DNA of 63,336 nucleotides, filler included, from Globobulimina sp. (taxonomy: Eukaryota): NCBI GenBank assembly GCA_003354225.1. It is 32 parts of 32 records of this genome, joined end to end, with 100 filler letters (N's around TTAATTAATTAA, not from the genome) between each part and the next. Parts side by side here need not be neighbours in the genome. Positions count along the whole stretch, not along the records: positions 1 to 1,884 come from PIVH01010921.1; positions 1,985 to 3,868 come from PIVH01010922.1; positions 3,969 to 5,852 come from PIVH01010923.1; positions 5,953 to 7,836 come from PIVH01010924.1; positions 7,937 to 9,820 come from PIVH01010925.1; positions 9,921 to 11,804 come from PIVH01010926.1; 26 more parts are not named here. One strand, 5' to 3'. Positions 1 through 10,897 of the stretch are shown one piece after another; position 1 is the stretch's first letter, and every line of letters begins with the position of its first letter. A program made the position numbers and the translations under genes. The notes beneath the pieces were generated by a model. It saw only the letters and a list, made by a program, of their open reading frames with translations. It was not told where the DNA came from and did no database searches.

Positions 1-830
1 GATTATTAAATTGTTTGTTACATTACAACATAGCATGCATCGATAGCCGCGTACATTCGAAAAGTTCCTTAAGGATAATGGTCATTTATACCATTTACAT
101 GAGATCTCGTATGCTATACATATGAATTATTTTATATTGGATTCGAACGCGAGTTATATCGGTAGCTTGACCATGATATAATGTAAAATCATTTAATAAT
201 CCTTGCACTGAATTGTTTGGTTGGCTGTTATTGATATTTTGATGAATAACTGTCAGATTTGGATTTAGTTTTCGCGGTAAATCAATGCTTGATTATTTAT
301 GTGTCACATATGACAATATAAAAAAGATTACAGTGGCCAATTTTTTTGAAATGACAATTTTCACTTAAGCAATTATTGATGTCAAGTAACTACATGTCAG
401 TTCATGCTAACTTGAGCAATATTGATGCTATCGATTTGAAAATTGCAAATAAACAAATAAAACAAAAAATAAAGGTGACATGCCACTTTTATTTTTTCAA
501 TATCTCAAATATTGAAGGAATTATAGCACCATCTATGTTTTGATATTAGCCAGTTCTATGGACCAAATTGAAAAACCGGATCCATGTGCATATAAGTACG
601 AGTCAAAGCTGTTTTAATTATTATAATTTACATGTGCATTAAAACCAGAAACAGTTAACCAAAGCACATAACACAACAAAAAACAATATTTCAAATAGGT
701 TGATTGATCAAAAAAAAATTAAAAACAAAGAAACATAAATGTAGCAAATCAATACAAGATACAAATAAAAACAGCAAACATAATAAGAATTAAATTATCT
801 TAATATAAAATACAAATGAAACATTTTTAA

Positions 831-1658
831 TTATTTTTTATTTTCTTCATTTTCTTTTTCTTTTTTTTTATGTCTATGTTTATGCTTCTTTTTTGTTTTA
901 TTTTTTTTCTTTCTTTTTTTCTTTGAATTATTATTATTTTCATCATCCGTGGTATCATCATTATCATCCGTTGTCTCGTGACTCTCGTCATCAGTATCAA
1001 TCACTTTGGAATTATATTTTCGATCTAATTTTTGTGCGTGATGTAATATTGTTTGTATATGCCCGATTTTTTCAATTGGTTTTTTGAATAATTTCAATGA
1101 TTCAGCAGTAATTAATGACAATGAATGTAATGTGTCATATCCATTTACGATAAATAATTCTAAATATTCTGGTAATTTCATTTTATTTTCTACATATTTT
1201 ACCAAATATTTATCTTTAGCTTTTTTGGTAATATCAATTATTGGCATTAATTTATTATTATCATCATCATCATCAATAAAAGGGAATATTTTCTTATCTT
1301 CTTTAATATTGTTAGTGTTATCATAAATATTTGATGCGCCAATACCATTAAACTTTGGTAAATCAAATTTTATCTTTTTTGGTGGTGGTTGTTCAAACTC
1401 ACCATAACCAAAATTATTATCATATGAATTAAATGGCTCATTACCAAACGCGTCATAATTGATGTTCATAAATGGATCATTGGAATCACCAAATGTTTGT
1501 AATTGGTGTTCAAATGCTCTCTTATTTTGTCTTTCCCTTTTTCCAGCAAGACGGCGTCGATCTCTGGCGTGGAATTTTACTGTGGAATGAGCATGATTGT
1601 TAAGGATATTATAATTTTGACCGCCATTGACTTTTGTTTTATTTCGCTGATGTGACAT
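831..1658 (-). CDS. Hypothetical protein with SAM-like domain and acidic/Lys-rich C-terminal tail
   Basis: 275-aa ORF. The segment KYVENKMKLPEYLELFIVNGYDTLHSLSLITAESLK...IEKIGHIQTIL resembles a SAM domain; basic NLS-like tail. Confidence 0.6.
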   Translation of the reverse strand: MSHQRNKTKVNGGQNYNILNNHAHSTVKFHARDRRRLAGKRERQNKRAFEHQLQTFGDSNDPFMNINYDAFGNEPFNSYDNNFGYGEFEQPPPKKIKFDLPKFNGIGASNIYDNTNNIKEDKKIFPFIDDDDDNNKLMPIIDITKKAKDKYLVKYVENKMKLPEYLELFIVNGYDTLHSLSLITAESLKLFKKPIEKIGHIQTILHHAQKLDRKYNSKVIDTDDESHETTDDNDDTTDDENNNNSKKKRKKKNKTKKKHKHRHKKKEKENEENKK

Positions 1659-1884
1659 GGAATGTTAGTTGCAGAAACGTTTGTTTTTCTTTTAATTAAA
1701 AAAACAGTCAAGCAAGTTCGCTAATCTCGAGCAAGACATGACATAAATCGAATTGGTCGAAGAAATCAAAGACGCTGGTCATGTTGGAATGACTCACGGT
1801 ATTGTACACATATATGTTATTATACTGCGTGTGACATATAACTACGCATACAATATATCCAGATTATGATTTGAATGAAACAGA

Positions 1885-1984
1885 NNNNNNNNNNNNNNNN
1901 NNNNNNNNNNNNNNNNNNNNNNNNNNNNTTAATTAATTAANNNNNNNNNNNNNNNNNNNNNNNNNNNNNNNNNNNNNNNNNNNN
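1885..1984. other. Artificial contig spacer (N44-TTAATTAATTAA-N44); first of 31 copies, recurring every ~1,980-1,984 bp up to 61357-61456
   Basis: Identical 100-nt spacer with stops in all six frames. Contigs between spacers shrink from 1,884 to 1,880 bp, consistent with a size-sorted concatenation. Confidence 0.98.
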
Positions 1985-2141
1985 CTTGAATTGTGTCTTT
2001 TATTGGTATTAGACGTATTCTTGTTTTCAGGAAATTATCAATAAAGCAAATCAAGTAATTTTCCTGTTTCAAGTTAATGTCAACCTGAAACGTTTTCGTG
2101 AAAATATACTGCCTGAAGTTCGCGCTAAACTCAGTCACAGC

Positions 2142-3868
2142 ATGTTTGATGATATCGATTCTCTACGAAAGGCAACAGAAAAAAGTTACCTGTCAATTTC
2201 AAACGGTGACGAATTCGAACCACCAACACAAGAACCAAAAGCATCATCAATCAGTGGTAAATTGTGTGGATGTATCAATTATTCATTTAATCCAATTGTA
2301 TTCATAGCCTCGACGTTAATAATCTGGGGCTTTGTGGGATGGTGTTTAACATTTCCAAATGCTGCCACATCAATATCAGATTTGCAAACATGGTTAGTCG
2401 AAAATTTTTCGTGGTTATATATTGGCGCAGTATTTGGTTTTATGGTGTTTATGATATTTTTATTATTCCATCCGGTGTACAGTCAGATAAAGTTAGGGAA
2501 ACCAAATGAAAAACCCAAATATAAGTATGTTGCATGTATTGACTGCAATTATCATTGAAAACATATTTGCTTTGCAACAGTATGATAACTTGGTTTAGTA
2601 TGTTATTTTCTGCAGCATATGGAGTTGGATTATATTTTTACGGCGTTGCAGAAACAGTATCGCATTTTCGTGATTCCGTAGAAGGTGCAAATAGATATTC
2701 GACGCTCTCACATCAAGAACAAGCTGTGGCTGGGCTTAAGTTGGGTTATCTTGCAATAAAATGATTCATTTGCTTCACGTGTTACTTGTTGTAAATTATG
2801 AACATAGTTTATCATGGTTTCATGGTGGATTTGCTGGATTAAGTATTTATTGTTTGGTGGGTTTAACTGTGGGGTTTTTGTCGCATAGACATGATTTCCC
2901 GATGACTATGAGAACTTGGTATTTATTATCTGTTTAATTCAGCATATATTGGATCACAGTTTAATGGGTAATACATATACAGTTTTTATCCGTTAATCGG
3001 TAATAAAATATACGGAATCATCGGAGATATAGTAGATGTTGCGGCTGTTATTGCCACTATGTTTTGTGTTTTTATTTTTTTATCATCGCAAATATTTATC
3101 AGAACACATAAATAGGTTTGGTTTGGCCACTTCTTTGGGTTTAGGTGTAATGCAAATAAATGCTGGAATGAATCGTGTGTTTGGAGCTGTCATACCAAAT
3201 ACGTCAACATCACAAATAATCATAATATGGATAATTACTGTAATGGCCACCATATCAGTTGTGACCGGAATAGATAAAGGTATTAAAATTTTATCACAGT
3301 TTAATTTTGGGTTTGGTTGTATATTATTATTGTTCCTATTTTTTGCTGGAGGTATGAATATTATTTTTATTTGGATGCAGATTATTGATGTATATTTTAT
3401 TGTTTTTATTCTGTCACAGATTCATTTTTTATCCTAAATTTATTTATAGAAACATTAGGTATGTTTCTGTTCTGTTTTTTATATTTTACTGTTATTATAA
3501 AAATGAAAGGTTATCATTTTCAAACATTAACGAGCACATTTACTGATACTGACTCATTTGAACAAATTGGATTTGATGACGGCAGCAATCCTTCTGCTTG
3601 GATGGCGTGGTGGACTGTGTATGTAAAACTAATGTTTGTTTATTTTATAGTACATGTAGTTATCAATCTCGTTTGTTTTTGCAATATACATAGATTTTAC
3701 TGTTTGTGCCTGCTATATATTAATATTAATACATATATCTTGTTATATAAATGAAATTGATTAATAATACATAGGGGGATGGTGGATAGCGTGGAGTCCA
3801 TTCGTGGGTGTGTTTATTGCGCAAATCAGCAGAGGTCGAACGGTTCGCGTTTTTATTTTAGGAAATAT
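2142..3868 (+). CDS. BCCT-family (betaine/carnitine/choline) transporter, multi-exon, 3' truncated
   Basis: Spliced translation gives BCCT motifs [42 protein letters not shown] and [34 protein letters not shown] introns, e.g. 2525-2580, 3619-3693, 3702-3774. Confidence 0.92.
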
Positions 3869-3968
3869 NNNNNNNNNNNNNNNNNNNNNNNNNNNNNNNN
3901 NNNNNNNNNNNNTTAATTAATTAANNNNNNNNNNNNNNNNNNNNNNNNNNNNNNNNNNNNNNNNNNNN

Positions 3969-4105
3969 TTCGTACTCAATGTGCTTGGTGTTGTTGCGTT
4001 GTGTTTAATTAATAAATCTTTGACAGACTCTAATCCATTTTGTGTTATCCAGGAATTAAAATTAAATGTTCCTTCTCCTTCCACACTAGTGACTACTTGC
4101 GACAT
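3969..4105 (-). CDS. N-terminal fragment of a SAM-like domain protein (runs off contig)
   Basis: MSQVVTSVEGEGTFNFNSWITQNGLESVKDLLIKHN has a W-x-x-x-x-G-L SAM-like pattern. Confidence 0.4.
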
Positions 4106-4227
4106 TAGAGTTTTTGCTTTTAGTTCATTTAATGAATCAACATTTCTTGAATGGAAACAAAATAAACCTCTATGAGAAAAGTGAAAGTCAAACAACAAAA
4201 AAACAAGCAACAATAATTTACAAACAT

Positions 4228-5852
4228 TTACATAAATGGATTCTTCCCAGAATTCTTGCTAGAATTACTGCTTCTTTTTTTTATGTCTTTGTTATGTGGC
4301 GATGAGGAACCAGACGACGCGGACGACGTCGATGACAAATATGATTTATTCAATGCATCCAATTCATCGCCACTCAATGCTTTATACTGTAACCTCATCG
4401 CTAGCGAATGCATCAATTTCCAATCCACATTAATCTTCAAATTATATTTATAATTGACATATTTCTTCGCTTTCTCACAAATAGAATTGCATAAATTCTT
4501 ACTATTTGGGGTCAAAAAATTCGCCAACGTTATGATAAAAAATCTAAAATCCAAATACAATTTATTCAAACCATAAACCGATATCAATATCTCCTCATTC
4601 TCCGCCTGCTCAATCTCGCTCACATCCGGTATATAATTGCCATGATACAACTCCTTCAATAACAACTCAATCGAATCCCGCAATATTATAATATCCTTAT
4701 TCGAGCCCAAATATTTATCAATCTCCAATCGCAAATTGCAAAAATACCGCACAAAGCTCAAAAACTGCGCAGACACCGACCAGCTCGCAATCTCCTCCTT
4801 AGTCACAATGGACACATCCGATTTGGCCGCGTAACTCGCGCAAATACACTCATTTTTCCATAGTAACTTGTGACAGACCCATTTGTACAGAAACTTTTTG
4901 CCAAACTGCTGAAACTGTGCATTGTACAACTTTTGCTGCTCAATGGCAAACAACTGCAACTCTGGGATCTGTCGACCAAATAACTTTTGGTATCTGTACG
5001 CGATCCGCGTCAATAGGTCCTCGCTCACATAATACACATTGGCCATCAACGACAACATCTGCTGCTCCGTCAGCACATTCTCGCTCTTCTCGTCGTCGCC
5101 AAACTGCTCGTTTTCCATTATAGTATTGATGCCGTGCAAGTTCTTGATCTTCGAGGAATTGCGGCGACTCTTCCTCTTCGCACTCATTTTCTTATTCTGC
5201 CCAAACAGCAAACTGCGCCGATACGCCGTCAACTGTTTGGGTGCTTTTTCATTGATTTCCTGCGTAATCTGCGACGAGTAAACCTGCACCAAATAGATCA
5301 TCTGAGTCACCACCGTGCGATACACCGATTTAGTTAATTCAGAGTAATATCGTTGGTCCAATAACCGCCAGGTTTCCTGGATGCATTTCTTGACAATTTC
5401 GTACATTTCCTGCCCCGAACGGGTCAACTTGACCATCGAAAACTGACTCGTTTTGCTTTTCTCCTCTGCCACGCCGCCAAGCTTATTCTTATTCGCCTCC
5501 TCCGCCTGGCCGTTGCCGTTGCTTTTGCCTTTAGACAAGCGGCGATATGTCAACTTGCGCAATTCAGTCATATTCGCGTCCGTTTCCGGCGCCTTTTCAT
5601 CGTTATTCTCGTCATCGACTTGTCCGAATATCTCAGAAGACCGCCGGACATGGCCCGGGGCGTTGGCATTCTGCGCCTGGTCCTTCAAGGCGCCGTAACG
5701 AGAATGGCGCACCGCGCTCCTTCGCCGCGTATCGGTGCTCGTAAAGGGGTTCTTCGTCGCCGTATGCGTCTGCTTCATGCGCTTGTTTTTTCGCGTATGA
5801 ATGTGTATGATGTTCTTGTTTGTGTTGGCATTGCTCACTTTTTTAGAACTGC
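4228..5852 (-). CDS. Exocyst Exo84/EXOC8-like helical protein, C-terminal part (probably 5' truncated)
   Basis: Long ORF with motifs TEQQMLSLMANVYYVSEDLL and YGLNKLYLDFRFF, typical of CATCHR/Exo84 C-terminal regions. Shares these motifs with the ORF at 5953-7836. Confidence 0.5.
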
Positions 5853-5952
5853 NNNNNNNNNNNNNNNNNNNNNNNNNNNNNNNNNNNNNNNNNNNNTTAA
5901 TTAATTAANNNNNNNNNNNNNNNNNNNNNNNNNNNNNNNNNNNNNNNNNNNN

Positions 5953-7836
5953 AATTTAAATGAGGATAAGACGACAAAAATTGTTCAATATTTGACTTGT
6001 AATGTTCATTGCATTTAATTACAACTCCGGACGTTATCCGTTGTGCATTATTTGTGTCAATATCACAATATAACTTAATTGCATTATTAATGATTATATT
6101 ATGTGTAATTAATTTTGCTTCATCATCTAAATACTTATTTGCCACAAATTGAAAAAATTTGATATCAAATATAAATTGTTGCAATCCATAATAACTCATA
6201 TTTCTTTTATCTGTGTGTTCCTGCGTATTCATCCAATATTTTTCATTATTATTTAACTGTTTAATAACTGTGTTTATGAGTGATATTATTATGCCATCGG
6301 AAACATTCTCGTTTAAATATTTATGACACAGTTCATTAATCAGTACCAGTTTTTCTATCATCTCAATCCATGATTGCGATGGCTGCATAATGTCAATATC
6401 ATTGTATCTCTCTCTATTATCATTATAATATATTGGTATAATAACGTTATTGTTATCAAACTGTAAAACGTTTTTAATTAATTTGCTTGAAGTTGTTTTG
6501 ACAAAATATTTAATTTGTTCTTGGTACAAAATGGTTAATTTATTTTTAAATGAGTCAATTCTTTGTATTCCTTTTTTGTTTTGAAATAAAAAACGACTTT
6601 GCTTTAATAGTCGATTATTAATTCTTTGCAATAAATCATTTGCAATAAAATATACATTTGATATTATTGCAATACATTGAATTTCCGTAATATTCATCAT
6701 ATTGCGTTCGTTATCATATTCTCGTAAAATGTGTGTAATGTTTGAACAATATGTTTGTAGATATTTTATTATATTTTCAATAAATACGGATAATAATTGT
6801 TTTGTCATAATTGGATAGTAAGAAAATGACAACAATGATCGTGAATCGCTCAAACATTTTCGAATATTTTCATAAATAATTTGTGTACTCGATGTGATAA
6901 ATATTGTTGTTTTATCGCTATTGTTCTTATTCTGATTATTCTCTCCATTATCAATATCTATATGCATTGCCACAGTTTGATATTTCCGAAACGATAATGA
7001 ACGACTTCCATTCTGATTGTTTGTGTTTTGCAATGGTAATAATGATATTTCTTTGATCTTCAAATTATCAGTCAATAAGCAATGGTGTGCTTCATTTATC
7101 TCGTCATCAAAATATATATTCAACGAATTGCAAACCATTTTGAATAAATAATTATTAAGACACATTTCTAAATATAATCCGCTCCATTTTAATTTATTTA
7201 AATGTCCGAATGATATTCGTAAACATTCACCAATTAATTTTAATGAAATATCGCATTTTGTTGCTTCAAAAACATGAATTTTATATTGCTGAGTGTATGC
7301 AAACAATATATCGTTCAAAATAAACACAGTTAAATAGGATAAGGCATCTTTATGCCGACGGTTTCCAGACTCAATTAAGATTTCATTAAATTCTGATATT
7401 AATTCGCGGATTGTATCAAATATTAAAATGGTTAAACCAGAAACATACGTTTTAGAATCAGATTTATTTGATATTATTGATATACTTTGTTGTAATTCTT
7501 TTAGTTTACACTGTAAATATAATTTAATTCCACGATTAAAATATCGACATTTCTGTATTTTGAGAATATGGGTTGTTAATCTACGTCGATATAACTTATT
7601 ACATGCGTTTATTATCAATATTTTCGCTAATTCGTTGTATATTATTTTCCGAAATCTTTTTATTTGTTTCTTGATTTGTTTTCTTGTTTTTGCTTTCAAA
7701 TAATCGTATTCCCCACGATACATATCTTGTGTTATCATATTTAAAATCGATATGGCTTCATCCCATTTCTTCTCGTCGCACATTGCCATAATATCATCAA
7801 TCAATGCCGAGGGCGAATCGACCATATCATTGCCTG
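5953..7836 (-). CDS. Exocyst Exo84/EXOC8-like protein (partial)
   Basis: About 620 aa, open across the contig. Contains DDIMAMCDEKKWDEAISIL, YVSGLTILIFDTIRELISEF, TEIQCIAIISNVYFIANDLL and YGLQQFIFDIKFF. Confidence 0.55.
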
Positions 7837-7936
7837 NNNNNNNNNNNNNNNNNNNNNNNNNNNNNNNNNNNNNNNNNNNNTTAATTAATTAANNNNNNNN
7901 NNNNNNNNNNNNNNNNNNNNNNNNNNNNNNNNNNNN

Positions 7937-8057
7937 GACTGTATCGATGAGGTTTTATTACGGACGATTTTGGAGTCTTGATCTTCTTTTTCGGCGTCAT
8001 CGGTGGCTTTCGAGGGGCTTTTTGGGCTATTCGAATAGTCTGCTTGGTTCGAGCCAT
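7937..8057 (-). CDS. Divergent histone H3-like protein, N-terminal tail (histone fold off contig)
   Basis: MARTKQTIRIAQKAPRKPPMTPKKKIKTPKSSVIKPHRYS aligns to H3 ARTKQT..KAPRK...KPHRY. Confidence 0.85.
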
Positions 8058-8160
8058 GATAAAATGTATACAACAAAGTTTTAGTTTGCAAAACAAGTTT
8101 TACTAGAGATTTAGAACAGTGATTCATTAGCCAACAACTATTTCAAAATATAAAACAAGT

Positions 8161-8200
8161 TCTCCCCCCCCTATTCTCTCTCTCTCTCTCTCTCTCTCCC
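8161..8200. repeat. Poly-C plus (CT)n microsatellite between divergent ORFs
   Basis: tctccccccccctattctctctctctctctctctctctccc. Confidence 0.85.
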
Positions 8201-8230
8201 ATACAGTTCTATGACTAAAGACGAAGAAAG

Positions 8231-8494
8231 ATGGACGTGAATGGTAAAATTGGTAGTAAATTGGATTCTATTTTGGGTTCGAAAAGACCCAGACATCACT
8301 CTTCTAGCTCATCTTCGGGTGACTCTACCGACTCTGGAGCGGACGAAGGTGGACATCATCACGATTTTGAACATTATCCTGATGAAGAACCATCTAAAAC
8401 AGAAGTATGGAAACCAGAATTCACTCTCGGTTCCGTCACTTTTTTGGGAACACGTGGTATAGGCATGAGGTACGAGTTGAAAATATGTGAATGA
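8231..8494 (+). CDS. Small hypothetical protein (Ser/His/acidic-rich); may continue to ~8633 via a 1-nt frameshift
   Basis: 87-aa ORF. An overlapping frame reads KYVNESKNQLFRWYVADETTRLTLGRF... downstream of ttgaaaatatgtg. Confidence 0.4.
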   Translation: MDVNGKIGSKLDSILGSKRPRHHSSSSSSGDSTDSGADEGGHHHDFEHYPDEEPSKTEVWKPEFTLGSVTFLGTRGIGMRYELKICE

Positions 8495-8933
8495 GAGTAA
8501 AAATCAGTTATTTAGATGGTATGTGGCGGACGAGACTACACGATTGACATTGGGACGTTTTACTCGCAATCAATACAATCGCATAGTAAAAAACCAAGAT
8601 TCTCCTTCGGTATGCTATTTGGTTAATTGGTAATCTATTAATTTGTTCTTATTGTTTTATGTCTCTCTCAATTTGGATGAATTGAAGGAATTTGTTCACG
8701 GTGTAGAACGTAAAATGCGCGAACTGAAGAAAGTTGGTAAAAGAGAGAGAAAAAGACAAAAGAAAAATTGTTGATCTCTCGTATCCTTGATATATGAATA
8801 GGAATGTATTTGATAAAATAAGTTGATTGAAATATATATCTCTATCCATTTGATAAAATGAGTTGATTGAAGTATATCTCTACCACTATAGTCATTGTTA
8901 AATTGTGATACCTCTCGGTTGGTTAGTTGAAAG

Positions 8934-9074
8934 ATGAGTGAACAAAACGGGTCTAGGATGCCGAGTCGAGAAGATAATAAAAATAAGGAAAAGGACTTCG
9001 CTGGTAAAGTATCGAACGAGTCTCAAATCTATGAAACTTGCCCAAAATGTTACGATGAGTGGTTAATCAAGTAA
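8934..9074 (+). CDS. 46-aa small ORF with CxxC motif
   Basis: MSEQNGSRMPSREDNKNKEKDFAGKVSNESQIYETCPKCYDEWLIK*, read manually. Confidence 0.3.
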   Translation: MSEQNGSRMPSREDNKNKEKDFAGKVSNESQIYETCPKCYDEWLIK

Positions 9075-9277
9075 GATAAAGGAAAGTTTGTTCTATAGTA
9101 AAGATTTTCCTTCATTTTTCAGTAACAAAGAGCCTGATCGACCAAATCCAATGCATTACTTGAAAAAATACTGTTGTTGTTGTTGGTTGTGATTTTTTGT
9201 AATAAAGAATAGTTAGTAAATAAATTTTTTATTTTCTGCTAGCCAACAGACACTCTCTATAAAAGAAAATCAATCAT

Positions 9278-9559
9278 TTATCCATGTCTTTTTTGACTAA
9301 TTTCAACTTCATAATAACAACATTCGGCGATATCACCATTCCATATTAAATGACCAATTTCGTGGAACCAGATAGTATAATGTTCAACGGCGCAGCTTAG
9401 TTCTTTATGCCAGGTGTTATTATTTTTTGGACCAATTTGACGACGATGTTTAGGATGGCGACAGTTTCTAACCAAATCCACTTTGTACAGCAAAGTACAG
9501 GTAGCGTTCTGACGTACCAACCTTACTTCTTCCATTCTCTTACAACAGTCAGTAAACAA
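9278..9559 (-). CDS. Small hypothetical protein
   Basis: 93-aa ORF with globular-looking composition and an HEIGH (HExxH) motif. Confidence 0.35.
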   Translation of the reverse strand: MFTDCCKRMEEVRLVRQNATCTLLYKVDLVRNCRHPKHRRQIGPKNNNTWHKELSCAVEHYTIWFHEIGHLIWNGDIAECCYYEVEISQKRHG

Positions 9560-9600
9560 AATACCACTACGCAGACCAGTTGATCCAGTTACTCGTTAAC

Positions 9601-9820
9601 ATGCCGGGACATGGCACACCTATGGAACTTGAATCATTACCGGGACCCGGAGAGAAAAAGGTACGATTCCTCGATGACGACAATGAACGCGATTCTACGT
9701 TAACTGCGATGGTCACTGCGATGGAAAATGGTGTCGCGAACAAGAAAGGTATTAAGCGTGATCTGACATTTGTGAGCCTTATATTCGTTACTCTGGTGTG
9801 TACTGTGACATTCGGTGGAA
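9601..9820 (+). CDS. Hypothetical membrane protein N-terminus (3' truncated)
   Basis: MPGHGTPMELESLPGPGEKKVRF (RVxF-like KKVRF), followed by a hydrophobic segment LTFVSLIFVTLVCTVTF. Confidence 0.4.
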
Positions 9821-9920
9821 NNNNNNNNNNNNNNNNNNNNNNNNNNNNNNNNNNNNNNNNNNNNTTAATTAATTAANNNNNNNNNNNNNNNNNNNNNNNN
9901 NNNNNNNNNNNNNNNNNNNN

Positions 9921-10154
9921 TTTAAGCAAAGTGTGATGCGGCGGGCTCTCATTTCCGAGGCTCAATTGTTGGAATTTGATCAGGACGGTGATGGGAAAAT
10001 TGATAAATACGAATTTTTATCCAAAATGTTGGTCGAAACGCAAGAGGTCGAACAGACCAAAATTGATGAAATAATGACAAAATTCAAAATGTTGGATGCT
10101 GACAACAGCGGCGAAATAACCGTCGCTGAATTGCGTGAAATCGAAGGAAATTGA
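9921..10154 (+). CDS. C-terminal paired EF-hand region, TPK (two-pore K+ channel)-like; copy 1 (5' truncated)
   Basis: FDQDGDGKIDKYEF and LDADNSGEITVAEL EF-hands, with spacing resembling plant/protist TPK C-termini. Confidence 0.7.
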   Translation, partial: FKQSVMRRALISEAQLLEFDQDGDGKIDKYEFLSKMLVETQEVEQTKIDEIMTKFKMLDADNSGEITVAELREIEGN

Positions 10155-10350
10155 ATTGAAGTGAGCTAACATTTCATTTTCCATCATTTTATTTTTGACG
10201 TACTTTCATGTCTGAACTCGGGGCAAATATTTTTTGAATTGTACCATTTGTATATATCGTTATTTACACTGTGGAGTGCAAGGATAATGAATACAAATGA
10301 AAAAATTGAATTATTCTATAATACACAGTGCTGTCAAATATAATCTTTGT

Positions 10351-10846
10351 CTAAGAATCCATTTTTTGATATCCATCAGAACTTCCACCACAACATGATT
10401 CCAATGGGACTGGATCAGCGATTGAGACAGAAGCCAATGTCTTTACTAACCATAATATTACATATATGACTCCAACAACAAATACAAAAAAGAAACAAAA
10501 TCCCCACCAATCGCAATTAGAACCAAAACAATAAAATGCTCCACATGCCAAGTATAAAAATGTGCATCCCATAAATAAGAAATTGCCCCAATAAGGAAAC
10601 CATGCCAAGGCATACTTATCACAGCATTTTGTTGTTATACTTACCCAAACAATTGCTACTCCAAAGAATAGTTGATACCATCCACAAAATACTCCATCCA
10701 GCGCCCAAAAAAAATTTGCGACTGTGATACACAAACCGCAGATCACGTTCAAAATGCTCCAAGTTATCTATACAGGCAACAATTTGGTATTCATTCGTAT
10801 AATTATAATGCATACATTTACATACTCCCCAGTTACATTCGCCCAT
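10351..10846 (-). CDS. Small Cys-rich multi-pass membrane protein, paralog A (COPI-associated/Tvp15-like, tentative); one intron
   Basis: Spliced reading MGECNWG|ITWSILNVICGLCITVANFF...WFPYWGNFLFMGCTFLYLACG; about 4 TM segments. Confidence 0.7.
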
Positions 10847-10897
10847 GCTTTTACAATTTATTTTTTGTGAACTGAACTGAGCATCACTTAGTTAATA

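Noticed and set aside
9601-10154. TM-containing ORF appearing to continue into the EF-hand ORF as one channel gene
   Set aside because: They are on different contigs separated by a spacer; there is no linkage evidence.
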